Shown in pieces: positions 1-9,382 of a stretch of DNA of 49,377 nt. Each line of letters begins with the position of its first letter. Within the stretch, counting starts at the first letter, position 1. The stretch is from Lysobacterales bacterium (lineage in GTDB: Bacteria; Pseudomonadota; Gammaproteobacteria; Xanthomonadales; SZUA-5): the NCBI GenBank assembly GCA_022844165.1, contig JALHMH010000034.1:1-49377 (forward strand), written 5' to 3'. The notes beneath the pieces were generated by a model. The model did not search any database. It saw only the letters and a program-made list of their open reading frames with translations, and was not told the origin of the DNA. The position numbers and the translations under genes were made by a program.

Positions 1-81
1 CGGGCCTAGCAACGCCACTGCCGGCGAGCGCGACAGCGCCGCTTCGATGCTGGACTGGACATGATTGCGCGAGATGATCAT
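1..81 (-). CDS. N-terminus of an AAA-family ATP-binding protein (AAA_14/DUF4143-like), runs off the window edge
   Basis: ATG at 81 reads MIISRNHVQSSIEAALSRSPAVALLGP, the typical lead-in to a GPRQxGKT Walker A motif. Confidence 0.6.
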   Translation of the reverse strand, partial: MIISRNHVQSSIEAALSRSPAVALLGP

Positions 82-335
82 GCCGCAAATCATAACTCTG
101 AATTTCGATTTACGGTGTAACAGGGGGGGCGATCTTGGATTACCATCTGTCAGATGGTTTCGCAGGCCATTGCCGTTCGTGGGCTCATGGTCGCCGTAAA
201 GATATCGTCGCACGCGGTTGTCCGGAAAGCGGACCACACATAGATCGGTTGCGGGCAAGTGTGCCGTCGGTCATGACACTTACGTCTCGCATTCGCGTCT
301 AGAATCCTGGCCCTCACCAGTACGAGGGGATTGTC

Positions 336-2627
336 ATGCGGGTGGTTTGGATTCTTGGGCTGGCCCTGGCGGCGTTGCCTTTGTCTGGTTTTGCACAAAC
401 AGGTGGAGCCTGGGTGGATCTGGGACCGGCGCCAGCGACGGGGGGGCAGGTCGAGGGCATCACCAACGGCGAGGTCGTGGGTGCAGTCAATGCGCTTGCA
501 GCGCACCCGACGAACGCCAATATCCTGTATGCAGCGGCGGTCAACGGCGGCATCTGGCGTACCGACAACGCCACGGCTGCGTCGCCAACATGGGTGCGAC
601 AAACGGATACGCTAGGTTCGTTGTCGTTGACTTCGATTGAGTTCGACCCGACGGATGCTGGGCGCCAGACGTTGGTGGCAGGTTCCGGCCGTACCTCGAG
701 CCTGAGCGGACTTGGCGGCGCTTTGATCGGCATGCTTCGCACCACCAACGGTGGGACGACGTGGACACCGTTGACTGGAACCGGCGGCACATTGGCGAAT
801 CGGCAGATTCGGGGCGTAGCTGCCCGTGGCGCTACACTGCTGGCGGCGGTCACTGGCGCGCCCGGCGACACTGGCGCGGGCGTGTATCGCTCTACCGACA
901 CTGGCGGGACATTCACGTTGTTGTCCGGCGCCGGTGGCAGCGGCTTGCCGACTGGCCGCGCAACCGATTTGGCGGCGAACCCGGCGAACAATGCCGTGCT
1001 TTACGTTCCGCTGGTCGACGGCTCGGCGCCCGGCCTGTATCGGTCGGCCGACACCGGCGCAACGTGGACGCGCGTCTCGAACACGGCGATGGACACGCAA
1101 TTCAATGGATCGACGCGCGTCCGACTTGCGGTTGGCAATAGCAATCAAACCTACGCGGCGGTGATCCGTAACGGTCGGCTCTCCAACGTGTATCGCTCCG
1201 CCGATGGCGTCAGTGGCTGGGCCGATATGGGCGTGCCGACCACCACTGAAGCCGGCGGCGTTGCTATCGGCGCACATCCGGGTGGTCAGGGCGGCACCCA
1301 TTTCTCCATGGCTGCCGACCCAACCGATGTCAACGTGGTTTATCTCGCAGGCGACCGCCAGCCGTTCTTCGGCGAAGGCAACGGGACTAATGTGTTCTTC
1401 CCGAATTCGATCGGCGCCAACGACTACTCGGGGCGTGCGTTCCGCGGCCAGGTTGGCGGTTCGCCAGTGTGGCGGCCATTGACCCACAACGGCACCGCCA
1501 ACAATTCGTCGCCGCACGCCGATTCCCGCGATATGGCATTCGACGCCAACGGAAATTTGCTTCAGTCCGATGACGGTGGCGTGTATCGACGTACGCAACC
1601 GAACTTGACGTCGGGTGTGTGGCAATCGGTCAATGGCAGTCTGCAAACCACCGAGTATCACAGCTTCGCATATGACAGCTTCAGCGACCGAGTTCTGGGT
1701 GGTGCTCAGGACACTGGCACGCCAGAAGAAGACGTGGTGGCGATCAAACAATTCCGCAGCGTGAGTACGGCCGATGGCGGCGACGTGACAGTGGCCGATA
1801 CTGGCGCCACCACCGTATCGACTCGTTATTCCAGTTTCCAGAATCTGGGTGCCTTTCGCCGTCGAACGGTCAATGCCAGTAATGCTGTGCAGGCCACCGC
1901 TTTCCCGGCGCGCACACCGACGGATGGCATTACCTTGACGGCGCAGTTCTATACGCCGATCGCTGCAAATGAAGTCAACCGAAGCCGCATCGTCTTCGGC
2001 GGCAACAACGGCGTATTTGAGTCGCTGAATCAAGGCGATACGACCACGCGTCTATCCACGGCGCGCATCAACGCCTTCGTCGGTTCGCCGCTCGTGTACG
2101 GCATTCCTGGAAACGAGGAGCTGCTGTATTTCGGCTCCAACAATTCCTTGAGTTTACGCACAACCCTGGGCGGTGCGATCAACGCGTTGACGTCGCTTTC
2201 GTCCACCGTGGTCGATGTGGCTATCGATCCCAGCGTCAACCCCGCCACCTCGCCGACCAGCGGCCGTTTGTTTGCGATGACTTCGACAACGGTTCATTAC
2301 TCCACCGATACCGGCGTTACCTTCCCGAATATCACTGGCAACTTGATCACCGGTTTCGATCCCGGCACGCTGCGCTCGATGGCGTTTATCCCGGCGACCG
2401 ATGCCGCGCTGGTTGTTGCGGCTGATCGCGGTGTGTTTGTGTCGCGGGCGAGCACGGGTTACAGCACCTGGCAGCGTCTTGGAACTGGCTTCCCCAACGT
2501 TCCAGTGTTCGAACTCGACTATGACGTTGCCGACAATGTGCTCACGGCCGGAACACTCGGTCGCGGCGCATGGAAATTGACGCGCCCGCTCGATGCGGAC
2601 GGTGTTTTTGCTAACGGCTTTGAATGA
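336..2627 (+). CDS. Secreted BNR/Asp-box beta-propeller protein (Vps10/GH74-like fold) with C-terminal GFE motif
   Basis: Signal peptide; repeated Asp-boxes (TTNGGTTW, STDTGGTF, SADTGATW, STDTGVTF); HADSR and GTLGRGAW motifs; ends DGVFANGFE; GAGGG RBS upstream. Confidence 0.85.
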   Translation: MRVVWILGLALAALPLSGFAQTGGAWVDLGPAPATGGQVEGITNGEVVGAVNALAAHPTNANILYAAAVNGGIWRTDNATAASPTWVRQTDTLGSLSLTSIEFDPTDAGRQTLVAGSGRTSSLSGLGGALIGMLRTTNGGTTWTPLTGTGGTLANRQIRGVAARGATLLAAVTGAPGDTGAGVYRSTDTGGTFTLLSGAGGSGLPTGRATDLAANPANNAVLYVPLVDGSAPGLYRSADTGATWTRVSNTAMDTQFNGSTRVRLAVGNSNQTYAAVIRNGRLSNVYRSADGVSGWADMGVPTTTEAGGVAIGAHPGGQGGTHFSMAADPTDVNVVYLAGDRQPFFGEGNGTNVFFPNSIGANDYSGRAFRGQVGGSPVWRPLTHNGTANNSSPHADSRDMAFDANGNLLQSDDGGVYRRTQPNLTSGVWQSVNGSLQTTEYHSFAYDSFSDRVLGGAQDTGTPEEDVVAIKQFRSVSTADGGDVTVADTGATTVSTRYSSFQNLGAFRRRTVNASNAVQATAFPARTPTDGITLTAQFYTPIAANEVNRSRIVFGGNNGVFESLNQGDTTTRLSTARINAFVGSPLVYGIPGNEELLYFGSNNSLSLRTTLGGAINALTSLSSTVVDVAIDPSVNPATSPTSGRLFAMTSTTVHYSTDTGVTFPNITGNLITGFDPGTLRSMAFIPATDAALVVAADRGVFVSRASTGYSTWQRLGTGFPNVPVFELDYDVADNVLTAGTLGRGAWKLTRPLDADGVFANGFE

Positions 2628-2640
2628 CAGGAGCGCGCAA

Positions 2641-3588
2641 ATGAATCGTTTGACGTCTTGCATGGCTGCGCTGCTCGCGGCTGGATCGGCAACGGCGGCG
2701 CCGCTGTCGCTGAGTCCTGGTGTGTTGATCGATAGCGCCGAACAAATGGCGATCGCGGTCGATCCCAATGGCTACACCAATCGTCTCAACTTGACCGATG
2801 GCGCGATCGCCTGGAAGAGCGCGGAAAAGGTTTATCCATTGGCGTTAGCCGACGGAATACTGCTCGGCATCGGCGTCCCCGACGGGCCAGGCACGGCAAA
2901 CCTGATCGTGATGCGTCCGGCCACGGGCGAGATCGAAGATCGGGTTGCCATCGATCTGCCGGAGAGCGTTTCGGCCAATGTGTTTCCGCGCCCGAAGCGT
3001 CGCTTCGCGGCAAGCGTGCTCGATACGCCGGAAGGGATGCGAATTTTCTGGCGCCATGAGTACGCGGAACTGCGCGGCGCTGCGATCATGGAGATCGACA
3101 GCGAGGGCAATGAAGCCATCAATCCGATGACGGTCTTGACCGGCGCCTTCGATTTCGTACGCGATGGCGATCGATATTACGCCGTGCCGATTCGCGGCGC
3201 GTTTGAGGAGCCCTCGGCGCCGATCCTGGCGCTGGCAGAGGACGAGCGCGTCGCAGGCGTGCCCGGCGTTCAGTATCGGGCCGCGGACAACACGCACGCG
3301 CTGGTCAGCGCTGCCAGCGACCACGCTGTTTTTGGCAGCATCTGGACTTGGACCATCTACGAACGTAGCGGCCGCGCCAAAGGCGGCTATCGATCGCCCT
3401 ATGCCTACGTCCCCTATGTGGTCAGCGGCGACCATTTGCTCATCCGCGACCAACCGATCGAGTACCTGGAACGCGGCACTACCGTGGCGCGCACGACACG
3501 ACTGGTGTCGATCGACTTGGCCAATGGCGCCGAGCGATGGAGTTTCGATGTGCTCGATCAGGAGTATCGCGGCCCCTTGCCGCCGTGA
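2641..3588 (+). CDS. Secreted PQQ-repeat-like beta-propeller protein
   Basis: AGGAG RBS before ATG 2641; signal peptide; LNLTDGAIAW and IDLANGAERW PQQ-type blades; 13 bp after the upstream gene. Confidence 0.7.
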   Translation: MNRLTSCMAALLAAGSATAAPLSLSPGVLIDSAEQMAIAVDPNGYTNRLNLTDGAIAWKSAEKVYPLALADGILLGIGVPDGPGTANLIVMRPATGEIEDRVAIDLPESVSANVFPRPKRRFAASVLDTPEGMRIFWRHEYAELRGAAIMEIDSEGNEAINPMTVLTGAFDFVRDGDRYYAVPIRGAFEEPSAPILALAEDERVAGVPGVQYRAADNTHALVSAASDHAVFGSIWTWTIYERSGRAKGGYRSPYAYVPYVVSGDHLLIRDQPIEYLERGTTVARTTRLVSIDLANGAERWSFDVLDQEYRGPLPP

Positions 3589-3674
3589 TCGTCGCTGGGT
3601 CGCGCCAACGCAAGTGACAGAGGCCTTGCTGGCCTTGAGCGACGATGAGGTGGCGGGCTTGAGTCATGTGGCGA

Positions 3675-3900
3675 TCATCGCGATCGCCGCTGGGCTTGTG
3701 CTTGAGGCGAACGCCGATTGACTGCGCCGGCTCGGCGCGGCGATCGGAACACCTGCCGTTGTCTTCGGCCGGAAGGCTGGGCTTCAAGCTTGCGGAGCGC
3801 GGTTGGTTCACGCTCGTCGATCCTGCCGCGTTTGCCGGGCTTGATCTGACGGCCGGTGAAGTCAACCAACTCGATGTACTGGCGATTGCTCATCGCCACC
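3675..3900 (-). pseudogene. Remnant C-terminal part of an IS200-like/REP-associated (Y1) tyrosine transposase
   Basis: YIELVDFTGRQIKPGKRGRI matches the YLELVDWTGR..KRGAI motif of this family as recalled; no HUH N-terminus; frame degraded. Confidence 0.65.
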
Positions 3901-3947
3901 GATCGCAGCGCGTAACGCAGTGGTAGAAGGCTTGCTCTGAAGAAAAT

Positions 3948-3988
3948 TTGACTCATTTGACAAGATCCGGCCCCGTCAAGGACTCTAG
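3948..3988 (+). repeat. 41 bp repeat end (copy 1 of 3)
   Basis: TTGACTCATTTGACAAGATCCGGCCCCGTCAAGGACTCTAG is near-identical to 49051-49091, and to the reverse complement of 6494-6524 with a 6 bp deletion. Confidence 0.85.
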
Positions 3989-4057
3989 GGACACTAGCGG
4001 CGCGCAATCTGGTTGGAGTTCGATGTTCAGGCGATTGATCGACGAAGCTTTCGCTGC

Positions 4058-6352
4058 TTACTCAAATCCATCGGCCAGCAACACATCGTTCGACCATCTC
4101 CCGATCCCGCTGGACACGTCGCCACCGATGGCACCTAAGGCGCCGCCGACGAACAGCGTATCGCCGGCCGACAGCAGCGCGTCCAGCGGCGAGCTCAGGT
4201 GCCCCCGGGCACCGACGTTGGGACTGGTGCCCATCGCTCGCCAGGCAACGCCGTCCCATCGAGCGGTGTGATTGACCACCGTCGATCCACTCGCGGTAAA
4301 GGCGCCGGCTGCTACGAGATCGCCGCGATGGACGGCGACGCTCGAAACATCGCCATTGAGCCCGGCACCCAGCGCGTTCCAGCCGCTTCCGTTCCATCGA
4401 GCGATGTTGCTGGCGGCGATGCCGCCTGCGGTCGAAAAACGCCCGCCGACGTAAAGATCGGTTCCCAGAATGGCCAGGCTGCTTACAAACTGGCCGCCAA
4501 TTCCCGAGCCCAAGGCTGACCAACCGCTTGCACTTTGCCAGCGTGCTATCTGGCTGGTCGGCAAGCCGCCCGCCTGGGAAAACACACCGCCGACGTAAAG
4601 ATCAGGCCCCAAAACTGCCAAAGTCGTGACCGTGCTGTTGGTTCCGTTCGTCGAGCCTGCGCCCAGCGTGCTCCAGTTGACGCCGTTCCAGCGCGCGACT
4701 CGGTTGGCGGCGAGCGCGCCGGCCAGAGTGAAGGAACCGCCCACGAATACATCGCTGCCGACGATGGCGATGCTGTTGACCGAGCTGTTCACGCCACCGC
4801 CGAGGCTGGACCACGCACTGCCGTTCCAGCGCGCAACATTGTTGACCTGTACGCCGCCTGCGCTCGGAAACACACCGCCCACGACGATGGTTTCAGGGAA
4901 GCCGCCAATGACTGCGATCGATCGGACGACGCCGGAGACGCCGGATCCGAGCGCACTCCAACTGCTCCCGTTCCAACGTGCAATGCCGTTGGCGTTGACC
5001 GTGCCGACGCGCGTGAAACTGCCGCCGACGTAGACCGAGCCCAAGCCCAGCGCCAGTGCTTGCACGCGGCCGTTGACGCCGAGTCCGGGTCCATCGCCCA
5101 GAGCGCTCCAGCTGCTGCCGTTCCAGCGCATGGCCGCATTCACCGAGAGCGTGCCGCTGCGATCGAAGATGCCGCCCGCGTAAACCAGGCCTGCGGCCAC
5201 AGACAGAGCCTGAACGCCGTTGTTTGCGCCGCTGCCCATGGCGAACCAGGTCTGGCTTGTGTGATTCCATCGCCCAACGTTCTCCGCGGCGACGCCGCCG
5301 GCCGAGCTGAATTGCCCGCCAACGTGCAAGTTGTTGCCGCTGGCGCTCAATGCGATTGCGGTTCCGGCCACGCCGTTGTCGGCGCCCGCGCCGAGGCTCG
5401 CCCAAGCGGATCCATTCCATCGCGCAATGCCTGAGGCGGCCTGACCGCCGGCATTGTCGAAACGCCCGGCGACGTAGACATCGTTGCCGATCGTGGCAAG
5501 ATCAAGAACATCATCGTCGACGCCGTTCGCAGCGCCGAGACCCAAACTGCTCCAGGCGCTGCCGTTCCATGCAGCGATGTTGTTCGCCGCGACGCCGCCC
5601 GCGGTACTGAAGACTCCGCCTACCACCAGGCGGCTTGCTGTCGAGGCGATAGAACGGCCGCTGAACTGAGCGCCGCCAAGCCCGCTGCCGAGCGGCAGCC
5701 AGGCGTTTCCGTCCAAGCGCGCAATGCCGCTGGCACTGACGCCGTCCACTTCGGTGAATTCGCCGGCAACGTGGAGCCGATTGTTGAAGATACCTAGCGC
5801 CATGCTGGCGTCATTTGTCACTCCGATCTGTGTCCACATACCTGCCGTGCTGTTGAGGCGCAGAACGCCAGAGTCGGCAGACGAAATGCCGGCATCGACA
5901 GCGGCATAGAGGTCGCCGTCGAACACCAGCAGATCTCTGACCAGCGGAATATCCTGGCGCATCGCCCGCCACGTGTTGGTGCTCGGCCGATACAAAGCGA
6001 AGTTGCCGACCGTGACGTCCCCGCAGACGCTGAAGTTTCCGCCATACGCGATGTCTTCGCCGCCAGGCATCGGCGAGATCGCCAAAATCTGCCCATTGCA
6101 GCCGTTAGGCAATCCGCCAAACGCGGTCCAAACACCGGGATCGATCAGCTGGCTCGCCGGTACGCTCTTCGGCGCAAATTGCGGTCGTCCATCCAACCCG
6201 ATTTGCATGTCGAAACCGCTGGCATCGACGGCGCCGGTGTAACCGGTATCGAGCTTGAGGCTGCCGTCGGCATCGAGCAGCTGCCGCAACGGCACTGCGC
6301 CGTGAGCAGCGACGACCGCCATCAAAGCTCCGGCAAAGAACAAAGTGCGCAC
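4058..6352 (-). CDS. Secreted tandem beta-propeller repeat protein (Rax2/kelch-like blades) with C-terminal GFE motif
   Basis: Signal peptide; about 14 repeats of GGxFxxAGG..IARWNGSxWxxLG; ends DVLLADGFE. Confidence 0.85.
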   Translation of the reverse strand: MRTLFFAGALMAVVAAHGAVPLRQLLDADGSLKLDTGYTGAVDASGFDMQIGLDGRPQFAPKSVPASQLIDPGVWTAFGGLPNGCNGQILAISPMPGGEDIAYGGNFSVCGDVTVGNFALYRPSTNTWRAMRQDIPLVRDLLVFDGDLYAAVDAGISSADSGVLRLNSTAGMWTQIGVTNDASMALGIFNNRLHVAGEFTEVDGVSASGIARLDGNAWLPLGSGLGGAQFSGRSIASTASRLVVGGVFSTAGGVAANNIAAWNGSAWSSLGLGAANGVDDDVLDLATIGNDVYVAGRFDNAGGQAASGIARWNGSAWASLGAGADNGVAGTAIALSASGNNLHVGGQFSSAGGVAAENVGRWNHTSQTWFAMGSGANNGVQALSVAAGLVYAGGIFDRSGTLSVNAAMRWNGSSWSALGDGPGLGVNGRVQALALGLGSVYVGGSFTRVGTVNANGIARWNGSSWSALGSGVSGVVRSIAVIGGFPETIVVGGVFPSAGGVQVNNVARWNGSAWSSLGGGVNSSVNSIAIVGSDVFVGGSFTLAGALAANRVARWNGVNWSTLGAGSTNGTNSTVTTLAVLGPDLYVGGVFSQAGGLPTSQIARWQSASGWSALGSGIGGQFVSSLAILGTDLYVGGRFSTAGGIAASNIARWNGSGWNALGAGLNGDVSSVAVHRGDLVAAGAFTASGSTVVNHTARWDGVAWRAMGTSPNVGARGHLSSPLDALLSAGDTLFVGGALGAIGGDVSSGIGRWSNDVLLADGFE

Positions 6353-6493
6353 TGGCGTTTCCCCGACTTAAGCGACACCCTCAAAACGTCGGCCTGCCGA
6401 GAAACGCACGAGTGTACTTGGCGAAGCTGAGGACGCCCTGGCAAGGTGCGGCCCCGGACCCTGTGATGCGTGCCATGCGCGGACCAAAACCTC

Positions 6494-6735
6494 AGAGTCC
6501 TTGACGGATCTTGTCATTTGAGTCTGTTTCTTAGGAGCGGCTTTGGCTTTGGCAGCCCCCTTAGATTAAGGGGGGTGAAGATCGGCGCTTACACGCCGCA
6601 AGGCGTGTGCCGAGCCGAACGACCGGCAGCTGTGCCGCCGGGCCGGAAATGCGCGCAGCGCTCGATGGGGGTTGTGGCAAGTACGGTGTCTGGCGAAGCC
6701 AACAATGCTCGGCGGTCTGAGGCGAAGCCTCGCTA
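6494..6735 (-). repeat. Dispersed palindromic intergenic element (long copy)
   Basis: Reverse complement aligns along its length with 48914-49091, apart from an extra ~75 bp insert at 6573-6647. Confidence 0.85.
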
Positions 6736-6797
6736 TTTTATTTGCGCTATCGGTGTTGCCATCGGCGCTACTGCACCGCGGGACAATCTGACGCGAA

Positions 6798-6906
6798 TCA
6801 TGGCTGCGTTTCGCTCGCCATGCGCCAGCGCGGGAACGGTTCGGGCAGGCGTTGCCAGAACGCCGGGCCTGGCGCGAATTCGGCGTCGGTGAGCAGCGCC
6901 TGATCG
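6798..6906 (-). pseudogene. Orphan 3' fragment of a zigA/COG0523 gene
   Basis: DQALLTDAEFAPGPAFWQRLPEPFPRWR matches the C-terminus of 27511-28785; 6823-6906 versus 27530-27613 shows 11 mismatches in 84 nt by manual count. Confidence 0.85.
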
Positions 6907-6913
6907 GCGAAGT

Positions 6914-9382
6914 TCACGCGCGCAACATCTGGGCCGGTGGCGTGCGGCTGACGCTGCGCAGCACAATCCAGCCGGCGCTCAGGCACAGAACCACGCCGAT
7001 GCCAGCGCCGAGTGGTGCGATCCACCAGGGCGCGGCATATTCGATTTGAAAGGCGTTGCCCGCCAGCGCCCAGCCTGTCACCAATGCCGCCACCCCGCCG
7101 AAGCCGCCGCCAATGGCGCCGATCGCGGCCAGTTCCAGGCGCTGCGTCGCGCGCAACGTCGATTGTGCGGCACCCAGGCTGCGCCACAGCGCATGTTCGA
7201 AGCGCCGCGCGCCGACGGTGACTGCGAACGCGGCCAGCAGCACACAGGCGGCCGCCGCCAGTGCGCACCAGAAGATCGCCGATAAACTGCTGACGATGGC
7301 GTCGACGACACCCAAAATGCGTGACAGCAGTGCGTCGACGTCGATCAGCGTCAGGTTCGGAAACTCGCGCAGCAGTCGACCCAGCGCTTTGCCCTGTTCG
7401 GCATTGGTGCGCACGCTGGTGATGTAGGTGCCTTCAATCCCGGTCATTGTCTCCGGTTTGAACAGCAGGAAAAAGTTGACGCGAAAGCTGTCCCAATCGA
7501 CGCTGCGCACGCTGGCGATACGCGCCGTGACTTCGCGATCGCCAATCGCAACCGTGAGTGTGTCGCCCACTTTCAGGCCGAGGGACTGTGCCCAATTCTC
7601 CGCGATCGAGACTTCGTCGCCTTGCGACCACCACGAGCCGCTGGTCAGCGTGTTGGCGTCGGGAAGAGATTCACTCCAACTCAAGTTCAGCGTGCCATCG
7701 ATAAAACGTGCGGCACGCGGATCGTCGAAGTTCTCGGGAACCGGCCTGGCGCCGTTGATCGCAACCAGGCGTCCGACAGCGAACGGGTACAGCGCTGGGT
7801 CTTCGATGCCGATCGCGGTCAAGCGTTCGGTCAGCGCTGCACGTTGATCCGGCTGGATATTGAGCAGGAACCGATTGGGCGTATCGCTGCTCAGGCCGCT
7901 GCGCCACTGCCGGATGAGATCGCTCGACACGACGCCCAGTAACAACACAGCGGTCAGCGCCAGTGCCAACGAGGTGGCCGAAAGCAAAGTGGTGCCTGGG
8001 CGCGAAGCGAGTTGTCGCCATGCCTGGCGCGTGGCAAAACGGCGCCCAGGCGGTTTCCAGCGTACCAGTCGCAGCAGCGCACCGAGCAGCGACGCGATGC
8101 AAAGTGCCAGGACGCTGATGCCGATGAACGCAATCACGCCCACCTGTCCTTCGCCGGTGAGCACATAGATTGCCGCCGTGAGCACCAGCAGCGCGATCGG
8201 ATAGGCGGCGATTTCGCGCCAGCCGAGTTGATCGTCGGCATTGCGCAGCAGGCGGGCAGGGGAGGTGGCTGTGAGCTGCTGCAGCGCGGGCATCGTGAAT
8301 GCGAAGTACGCAAGTACGCCGACCAGGGCGCCCAGGCCGCCGGCGCGCAATGTGGGCGCCGGCAACGGTTCGGCAAAAATCGCTTCGACGCCAGCAGCAA
8401 TCATGTACTGCAGGCCGTACCCAAGTGCTACGCCAAGTGCGACTGCCGGCAGCGCATAAACACCCAGCGTGCCGCCCAACTGCAGCAGGATGCGGCGCCG
8501 GGATAAGCCAAAACAGCGCAACTGCGCCACGATGTCGCGGCGCGCCTGCGTGTAGCGCCGCGCGGTCAACGCGATCGCCAACGCCGCCAGCCACAGCACG
8601 CTCAGCGCCGCAAGCCCGAAGAACGCGCGCGCCTGCCGCCCCACTTCGGCCAGTTGCTGTTCGGCGTCTTGCGCAAGCGTCAGGCGCACACCTTTGAGCG
8701 TCGGTTTGATGGCTTCGGCAAATGCGTTAATGCGTGCCGGTTCGCCGGCGATCAACAGTCGATAGAACGCGCGGCTCGCCGGTCCGATCAATCCAAGTGC
8801 CTCAACATCGTCGCGATGCAGCAACGCGCGCGGCGCAAAGGACAAGAAGCTGCCTGCGCCCTCCGGGTCGTCGCGCAAAACGCCCGCCAGCCGCAGCCTG
8901 GCATTGCCAATATCGACCATCTCCCCGACCTGAACCTCCAGCGCCGCCACCGCGCGCGGGTCCAGCAACATCTCGCCCGGCGCCGGCGGCGCTGCGGTCA
9001 GCGCCTGCGCTTCAGCGCTCGGCGCTGCGGTCAGCTTGCCGCGTAACGGGTAATTCGATTCGACGGCCTTGATCTCGACCAACACGCTGAGATCGCCTGC
9101 AAACAACACGGTCGGGAAGGCGACCACGCTGCTCGTTTTGAGGCCCGAATCGCGCGCCCGGGTGACGATTTCGGGCGCAATCGGCAAACGCGACGCCAGC
9201 AGACCGTCGCCGCCGACCAGCTCGCTGCCTCGGGCGTTGAGCGCTCGTTCAACGCGATCGGTGAACGCCATGACACCGGTCGCTGCGGCCACGGCGACGA
9301 TCAACGCCGCGAGCACCGGCTTGAGTTCGGCGCCACGCCACTCGCGGCGCGCGTGTTTGACGAGAGTGAACAAGAAGTTCAT
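6914..9382 (-). CDS. ybbP: ABC transporter permease, YbbP family
   Basis: Two FtsX-type transmembrane clusters; PNRFLLNIQPDQ and VRSVDWDSFRVNFF motifs; overlaps the ATPase gene. Confidence 0.9.
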   Translation of the reverse strand: MNFLFTLVKHARREWRGAELKPVLAALIVAVAAATGVMAFTDRVERALNARGSELVGGDGLLASRLPIAPEIVTRARDSGLKTSSVVAFPTVLFAGDLSVLVEIKAVESNYPLRGKLTAAPSAEAQALTAAPPAPGEMLLDPRAVAALEVQVGEMVDIGNARLRLAGVLRDDPEGAGSFLSFAPRALLHRDDVEALGLIGPASRAFYRLLIAGEPARINAFAEAIKPTLKGVRLTLAQDAEQQLAEVGRQARAFFGLAALSVLWLAALAIALTARRYTQARRDIVAQLRCFGLSRRRILLQLGGTLGVYALPAVALGVALGYGLQYMIAAGVEAIFAEPLPAPTLRAGGLGALVGVLAYFAFTMPALQQLTATSPARLLRNADDQLGWREIAAYPIALLVLTAAIYVLTGEGQVGVIAFIGISVLALCIASLLGALLRLVRWKPPGRRFATRQAWRQLASRPGTTLLSATSLALALTAVLLLGVVSSDLIRQWRSGLSSDTPNRFLLNIQPDQRAALTERLTAIGIEDPALYPFAVGRLVAINGARPVPENFDDPRAARFIDGTLNLSWSESLPDANTLTSGSWWSQGDEVSIAENWAQSLGLKVGDTLTVAIGDREVTARIASVRSVDWDSFRVNFFLLFKPETMTGIEGTYITSVRTNAEQGKALGRLLREFPNLTLIDVDALLSRILGVVDAIVSSLSAIFWCALAAAACVLLAAFAVTVGARRFEHALWRSLGAAQSTLRATQRLELAAIGAIGGGFGGVAALVTGWALAGNAFQIEYAAPWWIAPLGAGIGVVLCLSAGWIVLRSVSRTPPAQMLRA

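Noticed and set aside
612-2033. Long antisense or alternate-frame ORFs (also 4535-5434, 30104-31723, 34080-35030, 41305-42348, 43036-44034)
   Set aside because: They shadow well-supported genes, which is expected at high GC, and show no recognisable motifs.
4200-5800. Periodic nucleotide repeats resembling an array
   Set aside because: They are the coding repeats of the propeller blades (WNGSxW) and are degenerate at third positions; this is not a CRISPR array.
6823-6906. Diversity-generating retroelement TR/VR pair (84 bp copy of a gene 3' end)
   Set aside because: On the coding strand the 11 mismatches are not adenine-specific in either direction and are mostly synonymous; no reverse transcriptase is in the window.
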